From positions 30,318,001 through 30,382,000 of the forward strand of contig OZ024752.1 in NCBI GenBank assembly GCA_964016885.1: a stretch of DNA of 64,000 bases. The letters are read 5' to 3'. Below the pieces are notes generated by a model. The model was not told the origin of the DNA. It saw only the letters and a list, made by a program, of their open reading frames with translations, and searched no databases. Source of the stretch: Eledone cirrhosa (Eukaryota). The position numbers were made by a program, and so were the translations under genes. How positions within the stretch are numbered: the stretch's first letter is position 1; the number at the start of each line of letters is the position of its first letter. This document shows, piece after piece, positions 1-13,359 of the stretch.

Positions 1-179
1 TTGTGTGCTTGCCTGACTTGTAGATGATCAGGTGACAGGCCAGTTTCCCAAAGTTAGTGTTGCAGATAGAAAGATCATTTGCGTTATATATATATATATA
101 TATAATCTTTCTATCTGCAACACTAACTTTGGGAAACTGGCCTGTCACCTGATCATCTACAAGTCAGGCAAGCACACAA
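1..179. repeat. Inverted duplication (75 bp arms visible) around a (TA)n spacer
   Basis: 1-75 (TTGTGTGCTTGCCTGAC...GATAGAAAGAT) is the reverse complement of 105-179. The left arm may extend beyond the window edge. Confidence 0.9.
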
Positions 180-1611
180 GCCAGATAGATTATATATATA
201 TAATCATTATCATATGTATATAATATATATACAAATAATTGCTTTTTTTCTGAAGCTGGACTTCTTCAGAATCATGTCAACATAACCCTATGGAAAAACT
301 GAAGCTAATAAAACAAAACAAAACAAAACTAAAAAACATATCATAATGCAGCTTTCATGTGAGATTTATATTCACTTTTCTGTTTGGCAATTACTTGGGA
401 GATGGTGGTAAAGTGCTGTAAAAATACATACTAAATCAATACCATCAAATCTTATATTTCTTCATGTTAGAAACCATTACTCGAAATTCTTCAGGGTAGT
501 AAGTTTGTTTGTGCAAAAATTTTCATGTAAAAAATAAATAAATAAAATAAAATAAAATAAAATAAAAACAAGTTTAAAAGCAACTCAGCATAAAAAATTG
601 TATATAATTTACATTCACATTACTTGTCTAATAAAAGTCTATTAGAAATATCACTGCAAATTCTAACACCATCAACATCATCATCATGTTATGGCCATTT
701 TTTCCATGTTTGCATACTGTATATATTTCAGACCTTGACCTTTAACTTGAATAAGACGGGTATGAATACAATAAGACTTTTCAAGTACTTCTGATTCTGA
801 ATGAAAAATCTATCCATAAACCAACCAAGATAATTAGTGAAACTTAAGAGTTAAAAGAAATGGCAGACTATTGATTCAGTCTCAATGGCTTAATGTAAAC
901 TATCCCTGATTCATTTTTTAAAATTCAGAATACATTTTAGTATAGATCTCATAGTTCTTTGCAAAGTCATCTAAAATTTGATGTTAGCAACTCAGACATA
1001 CAAAAAAATATGTATTTTTATTTAGGTTATCTGATATATCAATCCTATCGACTCGTTTCATTATACACTTTGTTACTTTCTATTTCAATTAAAATTTTTG
1101 ATTTTGGTTAATTTCAAGTGAAAAAAATCCATGGTTTAAATGAATGTCTGAATAAGAACACTAAGTCAGGAGCTTAAAAAAAGAGGTAGTGATGCAAAAA
1201 ACAAAGCTTGAAATATGGAAAGGTTTAAGTTAAAAATGAACTCAGTCAGTATTAAACTATAAGACACTAGCAAAAGTAAATAGTTTCAGAAAATATCTCA
1301 AACCTGATTGGTTACTTCAAATATTTGGTAGCACCTTTACTACTGAACAGATTGTTGTTAAAATTAGTTGTAAACTAAAGTAAAGACCTTAATGTTTAAT
1401 GTGATGCTGTTTCGTATTTTTCACATATGTCTTACAAATGCTGTTTCATGTTGTACAGACAGTGCTGGACTTAACTATAAGCTAAATAGGCTATAGCTTA
1501 GGGTCACACACTTTAACACTAAATCATAAAAAATTCTCTCTCTATATATATATATATATCATCATCATCATCATCATCATCGTTTAACGTCCATCTTCCA
1601 CGCTAGCATGT

Positions 1612-1642
1612 ACATATATATATATATATCTGTGTGTATATA

Positions 1643-1684
<42 letters not shown>

Positions 1685-1689
1685 TATAT

Positions 1690-1733
<44 letters not shown>

Positions 1734-1916
1734 ATATATATATATGTGTGTGTATATATATATATATGTGTGTATATATATATATATGTGTGTATATATA
1801 TATATATGTGTGTATATATGTATATATATGTGTGTATATATATATATATATATGTGTATATATATATATATATGTGTGTATATATATATATGTATGTATA
1901 TATATATATATATATA
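1612..1916. repeat. (TA)n/(TG)n compound microsatellite
   Basis: Direct reading; it forms the left flank of the maT transposon. Confidence 0.95.
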
Positions 1917-3223
1917 CAGGGTGCGGACGATATTTGTTTGCAAGATTACTGTCTAGGAAAAAATAACACAGTAGTTTTATTATTTTAAGATATATTTATC
2001 AAACTTGGGTCAGTTTGTCTTCATGACTTGTTCTTTCAATCTCACTCGATAAACCCGCCATTGGCTTTGATGACGGCCTCAAGGCGGCCTCGGAACCGGT
2101 TACAGGCCTTTGTCACTGTTCTCCGACTTATGCCCCTAAAGGCACTTGTGATCCTGGCCTTCAGATTGTCTTCATATTGCAGCTAGATCTGTTGGTGTCT
2201 CATTCTACTGCGCCCCACACAAAGAAGTCGAGTGGGTTGCAGTCAGGTGAGCTGGGAGGCCAGATGTCAGGTGAAGTGTGGTCGACGAAGTTCTTTGACA
2301 GCCAGGCTCGGGTCTTTCGGCTGGTATGGCAGGGTGCTGAGTCTTGCTGCTACATGTACAGCCTACCTGCAGCTACCTGGTCGATCCAGGGCTTTACTAC
2401 CTCGCTCAGAATGCGGATGTAGCCATCGGTGTTCAGCTTGAGGCTCTCAGGGAAGAAGTGAGGTGGCATGACGTCACCTTGACTGCTGATGACACTTAAG
2501 ACCAATGTTGTCGCTGGAAACTTTGTCTGCATGACTCTGGGCACGTTTTTGGACGAGACAGCGAGCCACCTGTTGTTCTGGGAGTTGATCTTCTGGTCTT
2601 GGCAGAAGTTTTTCTCGTCGGAGAAAAACCACAGCATGTCTGGCTCCAGTAAGTGTTTCAACTTGTTGATCAGCTTCTTTGCGTGCTTCAGTCGCTTTTC
2701 TTGCATCGCCTTTGACAGAAATTGTCCTTTTCTCATCTTGTATGAAACGTAGCGAATGTCTTCATGTACCACCAGCCTAATGAGCTTTTCATCCACGCCT
2801 TTCTCCCTTGCAATGGCACGCATCAACTTGCCAGGTTCATTGTTGATGATATCCTGAACTTCAGCGACGAACTCGGGCGTTCTGAAGGCATCTGATCGTC
2901 GATCATGTGTTTTCCTCTCTGATGTTGCTTCGTAGTCAAATCCTGAATCTTCCAATTCCTTTCTGACCTTTTCCACCATTCTCCTGCTGACGCTGAGAAA
3001 GTCTGAAATTTCCTTATTTGTCCTCCCGACGCGGATTCCAAGAAGAACTCCGTGTCTCTTCCACAAATTTGGAGGTTCAAAATTATTCATAATCAATTAT
3101 TCTGAAAATAAATAATGGAAATATAGTCACTGTTTTTATGAAAACAAGAGTGACAACGGAACAAAAAAAAATTTGCATAAAATTAGTAGTTGAAAATTGC
3201 GAACAAATATCATCCACACCCTG
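1917..3223 (-). mobile_element. Tc1/mariner DNA transposon, DD37D (maT / Bmmar1-like) family, ~1.3 kb, full length but mutated
   Basis: TIRs CAGGGTGCGGACGATATTTGTTTGCAA (from 1917) and its near reverse complement TTGCGAACAAATATCATCCACACCCTG (to 3223), with TA on both sides and a transposase inside. Confidence 0.92.
2042..3096 (-). pseudogene. DD37D transposase pseudogene
   Basis: ORF 3096-2350 has an HTH-like N-terminus and WFFSDEKNF (first D). After an in-frame TAG (probably TGG) it continues QQDSAPCH...WPPSSPDCNPLDFFVW, with 37 residues between the second and third D. Further stops or a frameshift follow, ending ...ANGGFIE* near 2042. Confidence 0.9.
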
Positions 3224-3267
3224 TATGTGTGTGTATATATATGTGTGTGTGTATATATATATATATC

Positions 3268-4480
3268 TTATCATCATCATCGTTTAACATCCATCTTCCA
3301 CGCTAGCATGGGTTAGACGGTTTTATTCCATTTGATGTGGGAATGGTTGGGAGACCATGTCTCACTCACACAGAAGCATCTCTGGCAGGTTTTTTTACTG
3401 CTGGGTGCACCAACCACATTTACAGTGTAGACTGGGAGCCTTTTCACTGTGTCTCCTACACGGCCACTTTACAGTGTGGAAGGCTGTGTCATAGACACAG
3501 TGGAAGGAACGGGAGAGGGAGGATGGGGTAGAGTGTGGGGGTGGGGTGTACACTGGGTTAAGAGGTGCCTACTGACTGTAGGTTTGTATGCAATGGCAGT
3601 CGGGTCTTCTGTACAACTGCATGGTGCCATTGTCTTTATCACCTTGTTTTTCTTGGTCTACTCACTCTGTAGCTTCCAACAATTTTCCGTAGCTTCCAAC
3701 AATTTTCATTGCCCTGCACTTTTTTATACAGCTGTCATCCTTCATATACATCACATGTCCATACCAACACAATCTCCTCTCCAGAACACAACATTTAATA
3801 CCTCTTACCCTTAATCTCTCTCTTAATTCGTTTATGCTTCGCCTTTCATGCATATTACTATTACACATCCATCGGAGCATGTAAGCTTCATTTCTTTCTA
3901 ATCTACGCAGGTCTTCAGCACACAATGCCCAAGTCTCACTACCATGTAATATCGCCGTTTGTATACATGCAGCATACAATTTGCCTTTCACTTTTAGAGA
4001 AAAACCCCTTGTGGCCAACAGCCGTATTAGCTCTCTGAACTTTTTCCATCCTGCTCTAACTCTGGCTACTACACTTTCAGAACACCTTCCTCCACTGCTG
4101 ATTTTGTCACCCAGGTAACGGAAGGTGTCTATTATTTCTATAGACCATCTGGGCAGTTGAAGGAGATAGCATCCAGTGGGTCCTTGCTACTTACTGCACC
4201 TGAGCATCGGCCACATATAAAATCTACATTCTTAGATAGCTTACCTCTGATCCCACTACATCTTTTATGTACCCATAGTTTGCATTTGGGACATAGAATG
4301 GAGTTTCTGCCTACTCTTTTCTTACACACTGAGCATGGCCATTTCCCAGAGGGTACCTGTGCCCTATTCTCCTTTCTACATACTAGAACCTTAGTCTTAG
4401 ACAAGTTGACTCTAAAGCCTTTTGATTCAAGGCCATGCTTCCATGTTTGGAACTTCCTCTCTAGTTCAGCCATGTATTCA
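3268..4480 (-). mobile_element. RTE-clade LINE, 5'-truncated: RT C-terminus, 3' UTR and (GAT)n tail
   Basis: ORFs 4138-4473 (GFRVNLSKTKVL, CSVC...CPKCKLWVHKRC) and 3662-4018 (AILHGSETW, RRLCWYGHV) are RTE RT/thumb motifs. The tail reads CATGCTAGCGTGGAAGATGGATGTTAAACGATGATGAT. Confidence 0.85.
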
Positions 4481-6014
4481 GCTATGAATACATGGCTGAA
4501 CTATCCCCGAAGGCCCAGCTGCCTTGCCTGTCTTCATATTTTTCATTGCCTTACTTACTACCCTACCATATATATATATATACACACATATATATATATA
4601 TATATATAAACCAGCTCCAAAACACCCAGCACACACTGTCAATGTGGTTGGCATTCGGAAGGGCATCCAGCTGCAGAAAACCAGCCAGAAACTGTCCTAT
4701 ATGAGCGAGACATGGTCACCCGACCCATCTTGCCTCTAAATGGGACAAACCCATATATAAACCCATAGAGCAAATATTTATTATTAGTACAGATTAAAGT
4801 TTAAGCAAAGAATCACTACTTTCACCCTATTACAAGATCTTCTGAGTCTCAGAAGACCCCATGCTAATAATATATATATATAATTCTTTCTTTATCCTTA
4901 ACATTAATATAAAAAAATTATTATTTTTAACTTTTTACCCAAATGTTTTTAGAGAAAGGCCTCAAATTCCATATTTCAGCTTAGCGCCTCAGCAGGTGAA
5001 AGTTTGGTCCTGGTTAGAGAATCTCTTTTAATAGAAAATGCAAATTGTGATAGATGCATCTGATATGTGATGCCTCATGGTAGTAAAAATTATATAGTAA
5101 AGTGAGAGAAGTAATATTAGGAGAGGATGTTTAATTATGATTATCAAGATGTGAAATATAAACTTGTGGGAGTGATTGAATAAAAATAAAGTTTAAAATA
5201 TTATAGTGTCAAAAACATTAACTGATATAGTAAAGGGAGGTGATTTCGCTGATAAGGACATATAGAAATAGAGGAAACATACTAAATGTGGACGTGACAG
5301 GAAATGCTAGTAAAAGGTTTATGAAGTATATCTTGAAAGATCTGGTTTAAAATAGATTATACAGACATTAGTTTAGGTATCTATGATGACAAGATCAAGA
5401 TACCTGTAAAGAGGTCATACTGCAGGTTCATTTAACCCATACCAACATAACAGAGAAAATGTTAAATTAGTGGTAATGTCACAGATTTGAAATGTTGAAA
5501 TACTGCAATTTTTTTTTTTTTTTTTACCAGTTCCTGTTACAGATTAATCATTGAAAAACAGCAACCGGAAATAAATGGGAAAATAACTTCATAAAAAGCA
5601 GATTCTTCTGTATTATAGATTAATACATAGATTATGATGTTCATCCAAGAACCAAACATAAATGAAAAAAAAAGACTAGCTCAATTGTAGCAAGAAATAA
5701 ACATTTAAAACTTGTAAGGTTGATTTGCAATAATCATGTAAGTTAAAAAGCACAATTTTCTTTCTTGTTCTCCATGTTTTTATTAGCATGTGTTGGGTTA
5801 TAGTGTAATTTTAGATATTAGCATAAATTGTTGGAATGGGTATTTTAAAACTTGAAACTTTTCTTTATATAATTATACAATTGAAAAATCCATAGGTGAC
5901 TATAAAGGCGTGATGCGAGAATTGTGAAATTTTGTACACATTAATTTCAACTCTTCTTATTAATAACTGCAGTGTTTCTTTCCAGGGACTATGTTGAAAA
6001 ATAAACCTCATTTG

Positions 6015-6165
6015 GTCATTCCATTTTTTCATACTCAGAGTTGCTGAAGCATGGAACAAACTATCTGCAACAGTTGTTAGATGTCGGGTCACTGCATCCT
6101 TCAAAACTTCCATGCTTTCCGAAATTTGCCAACACTCCACCTGATATCCCCCCCCCCATACACAT

Positions 6166-6206
<41 letters not shown>

Positions 6207-6310
6207 ATGATTCATACTGTTCACTTTCCTGACATTTGTACATTATTCTATGTACTATACATGCACTTTTGATGAGTTGTAGTGCACCTGAGCACTGTAC
6301 GCAACCATTT
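6015..6310 (+). mobile_element. CR1/Jockey-group LINE 3' end fragment
   Basis: Translates FFILRVAEAWNKLSATVV...SFK, matching the F-x-x-R-x-x-x-x-WN-x-L motif at the end of CR1/L2 ORF2; contains a (TG)n. Confidence 0.55.
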
Positions 6311-6324
6311 TCATTGTGGATTCA

Positions 6325-6497
6325 TCGGTGTATTGGCAGTATCGGTAGAGGATTAGACGACATTCTTTACAGCATAGAGTTACAGCCCTTTACGTTCTGA
6401 GTTCAAATCCTGTTGAGGTTAACTTTGCATTTCATCCTTATGGGGTCGATGCACAGGTGTAATTGCTGGCCTTGTGCCAAAAGTAGAAACAATTATT
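6325..6497 (+). mobile_element. tRNA-derived SINE, family A (MetaSINE-like core), internally deleted
   Basis: B-box-like GAGTTCAAATCC, core TTTCATCCTTATGGGGTCGAT and tail GGCCTTGTGCCAAAAGTAGAAACAATTATT; many further copies in the window. Confidence 0.8.
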
Positions 6498-6764
6498 TCA
6501 TTATATAACTCTTGCTAATGTCTGGAGATATCCTAGAATTTTAGATATGGAGGAGGAGCATTTTCCGTATAATGAACTGAAATGTAAGCCTACACAATCG
6601 TTTTACCTGCTATCAGTCAGCCAAATTTCCTCAAATCACACTATCTTAAAAATGGGAATATCTTATTGGGAATATCATGGAGGTTAAACAAGAACATCTC
6701 TGAACTATTGAAACTGACAGAGATATTCCCAGCGAATAAATTAACAGATATTTCAGATTTTATT

Positions 6765-7020
6765 CTTTCATGAGCTCTGATACTATCGTCATGGGGTTAG
6801 AATGTCTCAGGAAAGAATCGCTGGACAGATTTTATGGCAAGAGACCCAGGGGCAGACCCCGAGCAAGATAGTTGGATAACATCCATGAGCTTCGTTGGTC
6901 ATGCTTGGGGATCCAGCTGGAACAGTTGGAGTCGGTTGCTTCTGACAGGACATGATGGAAGGAGTGTTTGAGGACTCTACCACCACAACCCTCTCAGGAA
7001 TAAGTGGGCAATGAAGAAGA
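6765..7020 (+). mobile_element. RTE-like LINE 3' end fragment
   Basis: Degenerate RPRGRPRAR(W)LDNI...VASDRT(W)W motif typical of the RTE ORF C-terminus, followed by a short GAA tail. Confidence 0.65.
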
Positions 7021-7201
7021 TTCTTTCATGAATTAAATCCTCTCAAATTATACAGAAACATTTAATAGTGTGAAAATAAGTTGTTTCTATTGGAAAAAAG
7101 TGATTACTAAGCACCTTAAATCTCATTTATTTATTTAACCATTCTAAATTGAAATTTAATGTTATATTTCAATAATCAGAATATGGGAGAGGAGATAAAA
7201 A

Positions 7202-7237
<36 letters not shown>

Positions 7238-8344
7238 AAAATATCAGAATTAAGAACACAGTTTCTGAAGCCAACTTTCATTTATTACTGCACTCAACAA
7301 ATCAATGCTGGTGCCATGCCCAGTCTAATATAATCCTGATAATGTAGCTGGCTGGCCTTGACTGAATCAAGTATACAGTAATACAATTTGTAAACAAAAT
7401 AATTATTTAAATCTACTTATATTTTCTATTCATTTATTCAGTTAACTTTATTGATCATGTATTGGTCCAACAACTTGAAGGTTAGCGACCAATAAAAGTC
7501 GATGAAGCCTGTTTGTTGCCAAAACACAATAAATAAAATTTAAGCCACAAATTCTCAGAAAATAGGAATGTTTAAGTTTATATCTCACAAATTACACAAA
7601 GAAGAACATCACATAAATTGGGATGAAAAAAAAAAAAATTTCAGAAAAAATGTTATAGTTGAAGAAAACCTTCTTGAGGTGAACATCATCAGTTTTAAAA
7701 AGAAACCATGTTGAAACTATTCAATTATTTCTAACTACTAGCAGTATAACAAACAGATTGTGTGAAAACTTGTTTAAATAATAAAATATATTGTCCTTTT
7801 TTTTTTTCATGTAACAGAAAACATACTAGTCTGAATATTAAATATCTGTTTTGCCACGGAAACCAGTGATAGTAAATCAACCATGCATACAAATCTTTGC
7901 ATGTAATCTAAAACTGCATATCATGTCTGTCTTTATGTTACAAAAATTCTAATTCTCTGACTATTAAACTACAATCATTTTATTGTGTTGGGTATATCAA
8001 TAAAAATGTGTGTTATAACTTGTGTTAAACTACACAAACAACTAAACTATGTACAGTGGCACAGTGGTCTTACTAAGATGTGTAAAGAAGATTAAATAAA
8101 ATTTGAATAAAATCTGTGAATTATTACTATGCTGTTATTTTGTTGTAAAAATACTTCAGTTTATACAATCTATCAATAACACAGAAAGATATATTGACCT
8201 GTAAATATCAGGTGATTTAGAAGAAGTGTGGGCTGAATTGTTATTTAACAGTATCAAATGTTCATTCTACTGAATGAGAAATTGGAAATATCTTACTATT
8301 TAAATGAAATATTTTCCTTCAATGCAATGTAATCATTTATCTCC

Positions 8345-9410
8345 AGGTATTCCTCACCGACCAACCGGTGTGGGCACCGTTTGTGAGACAGGCCTTCCCA
8401 CAACCTGTCTCACTGACAGAGCTGCAGTCCTGGGTGAAGCGAAGACTGAAGAAGATGAGCGCCTGGCACATTGAATGCGCCTAGGTGCTCACAGTCCTCT
8501 GTCAAGCGAGCACAGCAATCAATGGAGACTCCACTTTGACATTCTATAGAGGGTTAGTACTTTACAAGTGTGACAACGTGCTCAGGGAAACTCTAGGCGT
8601 CGAAGACGAGAAGCTCACCAGTCTGTTCGGTAGGACTTTCCACCCGGGACCTATGGACAACTTCCAGAGGTCCCTGGCCTGGCAGTGCTACCGAGGAACT
8701 CTACCCATTCGAGATAAGATCTACAGGCACGGATGCCCCGGCAGGGATCCTTCCAAGAGGACATGTCCAAGATGCGAGCAGAACATTGAAACCGTCTTGC
8801 ACGCAATTGTACACTGCCTGGGCGTAAGCAACCTGTGGAACTACGCAGAACAACTGCTGTCGCATATGGGACAAATCCAGTTGACTGCTGAGTCCATAGT
8901 AAGGATCAAACCACCAGCCTCTTTCAAAAACAAAAGAGAGGCGGTTTTCCTCTGTACAGTGGCTATGGTGAAAGAGGTTATATGGTGGACGAGGTTGAGA
9001 GGACTGAGGACAGATTCCTTTCTCTTCGGACAACAACTCATTCACTTTAGAAGGAGAATTAGAGTGGAGAGAGAAGCACTGCACTCTAGTAAATTTACTG
9101 AAAGGTAGGTGAATGTGGCAAAAATGGCTCAAGTGATTGGGCCTTCTCTGTTTATAAGCCTGTAGGTTAAAGAAGAGAGCAAAAGGAAGAAGGGAGCACT
9201 TGCACAACACGCTCCTGAAGTTGAGGGTTGTTCTATCGATGGGGTATTAAACAACCCATTTGTGGCGCTTCCCTCCTATTGGGGATTTTGATTGTTATAA
9301 TTGTTTGTTTCAATATTTTTACACGACTGTATGTAAAATCCCCGGCATGTGTCTTTGTATCGTCCCCTTTTCTCATGCGCCCTTGTGGCAAATAAAGAAA
9401 TATATCTATT
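8345..9410 (+). mobile_element. L1/Tx1-clade LINE 3' fragment (ORF2 C-terminal zinc knuckle plus 3' UTR)
   Basis: ORF 8485-9108 contains LAWQCYRGTLP...CPRCEQNIETVLHAIVHC, the zf-RVT CCHC signature; AATAAA near 9391. Confidence 0.8.
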
Positions 9411-9465
9411 ATGATCATCTATACCTCGCCCCACCACCTCTGCTTCTCTGAGATCACTTACAAGA

Positions 9466-9690
9466 TTAATCTTTTAGCATTTAAACCAGCCATATTTGGC
9501 CAGAATTCTCTCACCCCTTCTTGTTCAAACTAGACATAACCAGGCATTCATACTGATGTTAAGGTATTGTTCTCAAAATAAATAATATCAAAGTCTCATG
9601 GATTCAATATTATGCGAGATAATTATGTGAGGTAAAGCCGTTACCGTGAAAATATAATAGTAATTCTAAACTATAATAAAGTAAGGGACT
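9466..9690 (+). mobile_element. piggyBac-like MITE fragment, same family as 63776-63970
   Basis: Starts TTAATCTTTTAGCATT. The internal GAATTCTCTCACC...CTGATGTTAAGGTATT..TCTCAAAATAAATAATA is shared with the 63.8 kb copy, which ends AATGCTATAGGGTTAA. Confidence 0.55.
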
Positions 9691-10635
9691 GCGTCCAGAA
9701 TATATTTTTTATCCCATTTGTAAAATAAGTTGGATTACTTTGAATAAATAATGAATGAATATTACATAATTTATCTACTAAATTTTGTTATTCTTGATTA
9801 AATATAAATAATATTGTTGCTTATTTTAAGATTTATTTCTTAAAAATTTTCAATGCTAGCAGACTATAAAAGGAGTGATGATAGAGCTGTGAAATCTTGC
9901 ATGCATTAATTTCAACTCAAAAGTGGGAGAGTCTTGTATTCTCAGTTTCTTCATGCCATGGAAACCTACAGGCTCAAGGCAGACTTTTGTAGAAATATGC
10001 AACAATTCCAGAATGTTCTCTAGTCCAAGACAATGCTGACATTTCATTGTTTTCTAAGATGCAGCTTAGTACAAGTTTTTTTTATATCTTGTGTATATAC
10101 ATCAATGCTAATAATTTCAATTTATTACTAAATAATTTTAAAATTTATTAAATAATTTCATATCGAGCTAAGTTATTCCTTATTGAATAAACTGTACAAC
10201 TTCTCAAGCTTATTTTTTATTTTGCCTTAATTTTACACCCGACTATTTGGTGCTATTTGTGAATTTTCCAATGAAAATAACCCAAATTTATTACAGAAGT
10301 GTAAACTTCAATTCAAATATCACATTCAGACTTCCTCAGAAATTCTTAAAACCATACCAGTTTTTTTTTGTTTTTTTTTTACATATTTATTCAAAGAGAA
10401 AGTTTTTTAAAAAAATGAATCTGGGAATATTTAAACTTTTTATAGAAAAAAATCCACTCCTGATTTTAGAGATAATTCTATGAAAGATTTCTTGACTTAA
10501 CATTGTTAAAATCTTGTCAATATGTATTTTCTATAACACTTATTCAAGGTCGAAAGAAGTCTTAACCAAGTAGAGAACATTTAAAAATTACACTTTCGAT
10601 TCTGAGATATTGTTTTAAATCGATGCTATCCAGAA

Positions 10636-10810
10636 GGCGCATGGCTTAGTGGTTAGAGCATTGGGCTTGCAATCGAAAGGTTGTGAGTTCAATTCTCGGA
10701 CCAGGTGGTGTGTTGTTTCCTTGAGCAAGACACTTTATTTCACGTTGCTCCAGTTTACTCAGTTGTAGAAATGAGTACCGGCCTGCCCGCCCAGCCAGTG
10801 GGATGGCGTA
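10636..10810 (+). mobile_element. tRNA-derived SINE, family B
   Basis: A box TGGCTTAGTGG, B box GAGTTCAATTC, then TTGAGCAAGACACTTTATTTCACGTTGCTCCAGT; related copies at 11240-11500 (+) and 29630-29735 (-). Confidence 0.8.
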
Positions 10811-11239
10811 TTCTTATGGCTAAAACAGCACGACGTGCTGTGACCAGCGGCGCTGAATGGATGCCCGACAGACTGGTCGGTCAAGGTGATCAAAGTGATA
10901 TATATATACTGATGGATCAAGTAATGAAAGTGACAGAAAGCATAACTAATTAGGGCAAGATTAAAATTAGACAAGATGCAGTTTGGCTTTGTGCCAGGAA
11001 GGAACACCACAGAATTACTCTTCTTAGTGAGACAACTACAAGAGTACAAGAGTAGTTTCTAGCTATGTGTGAAATTTTTATACCTCCTTTTTGTAGATCT
11101 GGAAAAGGTCTTTGACAGAGTACCATGATCTGATATCTAGTGGTTCTTAAAAAAATTGGGCGTAGGTGAATAGCTTGTAAGAGCAGTGCCTGCCATGTAC
11201 AGATGAGCTGTTAATAAAGTAAGAATATGTAATCACTTT

Positions 11240-11500
11240 TGTGGGGGTGCATGGCCTGTTGGACAAACAATCATTGTCATGGGTTCAAATCCTGGACTGG
11301 GTTGTGTGTTGTGTTTTTGAGCAAAACACTTCATTTCATGTTGCTCCAGTATACTCAGCTGAAAAAGTTAGTACTGGCTGTAGCTGGGGCTTTAACTCTG
11401 TGATGGGCTGGTGTCCTGTCCAGGAGAAGTCTTGTACTTTCAGTCACTTCATACCACGGAAACCCGGATAAGCACCAGCCTGATAAGCCACCAGGCTTGA
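11240..11500 (+). mobile_element. SINE family B copy nested in the RTE LINE
   Basis: GGGTTCAAATCC B box and TTGAGCAAAACACTTCATTTCATGTTGCTCCAGT core lying between two RT segments. Confidence 0.7.
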
Positions 11501-12189
11501 GACAGATGTAATGTCTTTAGAGGGGAATTCAATGAGCATGTGGGTGTTCATCAAGGCTTCGTCCTCAGCCCCCTTCTGTTTATTATAGTTTTACAGGCTA
11601 TAACAGAAGAGTTTCTGACTGACTGACTGTCTAAGGGGACTTCTACATGCTGATGACCTAGTTCTTAGAGCTGAATCTATTGAAGAGCTGGAGATGAAAT
11701 TACTGTTGTGGAAACAGAACCTAAAATGAGGACGGCTTAGATTAACGGCTTAGCAAAGATCAAAGTTTTAGTTAGTAAAAAACATGACAAACTCTGCTCA
11801 ATATATAGAAAGGGAGTAGATAGAAATATTATATGATATATATAATATAAAACATGGGTACATAAAGATATAGTGGCATTGTAAGTGGACTAAATGAAAA
11901 GATACTTTGCATGTGGTTGATATAAGGGAATAGTGGATAGTAAGATCAACAGTAAAATAAACCTTTTCCAATCCCAGTTGGGTACCAGAGAAGTAGTTGA
12001 TATCTTCTGTTACTTTAGTGACCTAATTAACAGTGGATGGGGTTGCTCTGGGAACATATTAGCTAGAATATAATAAGAACTCAGTGGAGAAAGTTCAGGA
12101 AGCTGACAATAAGATTTTCTCCAAGGGTAAAGGGTAGATGGTATGGTGCTCTCATGATGGTGCTCTGTTGTTGTATGGTAATGAGACAT

Positions 12190-12830
12190 GGATGGTACAT
12201 ACAGAGAGGATATATGGAGGGTGGGGTGATGGGTGGTACATAGAGAGAGGATATATTGAGGGTGGAGTGATGGGTGGTACATAGAGAGGATATATGGAGG
12301 GTGGGGTGATGGGAGGTACACAGAGGGGATATATGGAGGGTGGGGTGGGGTGATGGGAGGTACACAGAGGGGATATATGGAGGGTGGGGTGATGGGGGTA
12401 CATAGAGAGGATGGGTGATGGGTGGTACATAGAGGGGATATATGGAGGGTGGAGTGATGGTGGTACATATAGAGAGGATGGAGTGATGGGTGGTACATAG
12501 AGAGAGGGTGAAGTGATGGGTGGTACAGAGAGAGAGAGGGTGAAGTGATGGATGGTACATAGAGAGAGGGTGGGGTGATGGGTGGTACATAGAGAGAGGG
12601 TGAAGTGATGGGTGGTACATAGAGAGAGGGTGGAGTGATGGGTGGTACATAGAGAGAGGGTGAAGTGATGGGTGGTACAGAGAGAGAGGGTGAAGTGATG
12701 AGTGGTACAGAGAGAGAGAGGGTGAAGTGATGGAAGCTACATAGAGAGAGGGTGAAGTGATGGGTGGTACATAGAGAGAGGGTGGAGTGATGGGTGGTAT
12801 AGTGAGAGAGGTGGAGTGATGGTGGTACAG
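12190..12830. repeat. G-rich minisatellite, ~30 bp unit with a longer ~41 bp variant in its 5' part
   Basis: Repeats of GAGAGAGGGTG(A/G)AGTGATGGGTGGTACATA; source of the spurious ORFs at 12010-13098. Confidence 0.9.
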
Positions 12831-13326
12831 AGGTCATGAATGAAGTGAGAGAAGAACAAGGTAAAAGAGTAATGAAATGTAGTGTGTAGGAGGGTAGACT
12901 ACACTGGTAAGGACATATGATGACATATAGATGATGATTGCTGGGTGAAGAAATAATTGTTTCTACTTTAGGCACAAGGCCAGCAAATACCCAGTGCATT
13001 ACTGGTACTATGCTAAGGGAAGGAAGTTGCAGTAGAGGAAGACTGGAAAAAACCGGTGTTGAGGTGGTTAGAGCTGATCTCAGAGTGCTGAAGCACACAA
13101 AGGAGATGAAAAAGGAATGCTGTGAGGAGGGGCTGTGTTAAAATAGACCCATGTAAGAAGGGAAAAGCGAATGTATGATGATGATGATGATGATGATATA
13201 TGTATGTTTATATATATATATATATATAGATATTTCTATATTAAATTTGTTGTATACACTCTACTAATGTATTGAGTACCTTATTTACTGTGGTTACCCT
13301 TGATTGAACCTGGGAATCACACATAC

Positions 13327-13359
<33 letters not shown>

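Larger units (their letters stand above)
10870..13197 (+). mobile_element. Degenerate RTE-clade LINE interrupted by a SINE and a minisatellite
   Basis: RT motifs MQFGFVPGRNTT (~10977), FVDLEKVFDRVP (~11090), GVHQGFVLSPLLF (~11543), HADDL (~11646) and LYGNETW (~12171); (GAT)n tail at ~13177. Confidence 0.8.

Noticed and set aside
10636-10705. tRNA-like sequence
   Set aside because: It has A and B boxes but no complete cloverleaf and continues into a SINE core; treated as a SINE head.
12010-13098. 362 aa Pro/His-rich ORF
   Set aside because: Antisense translation of the G-rich minisatellite.
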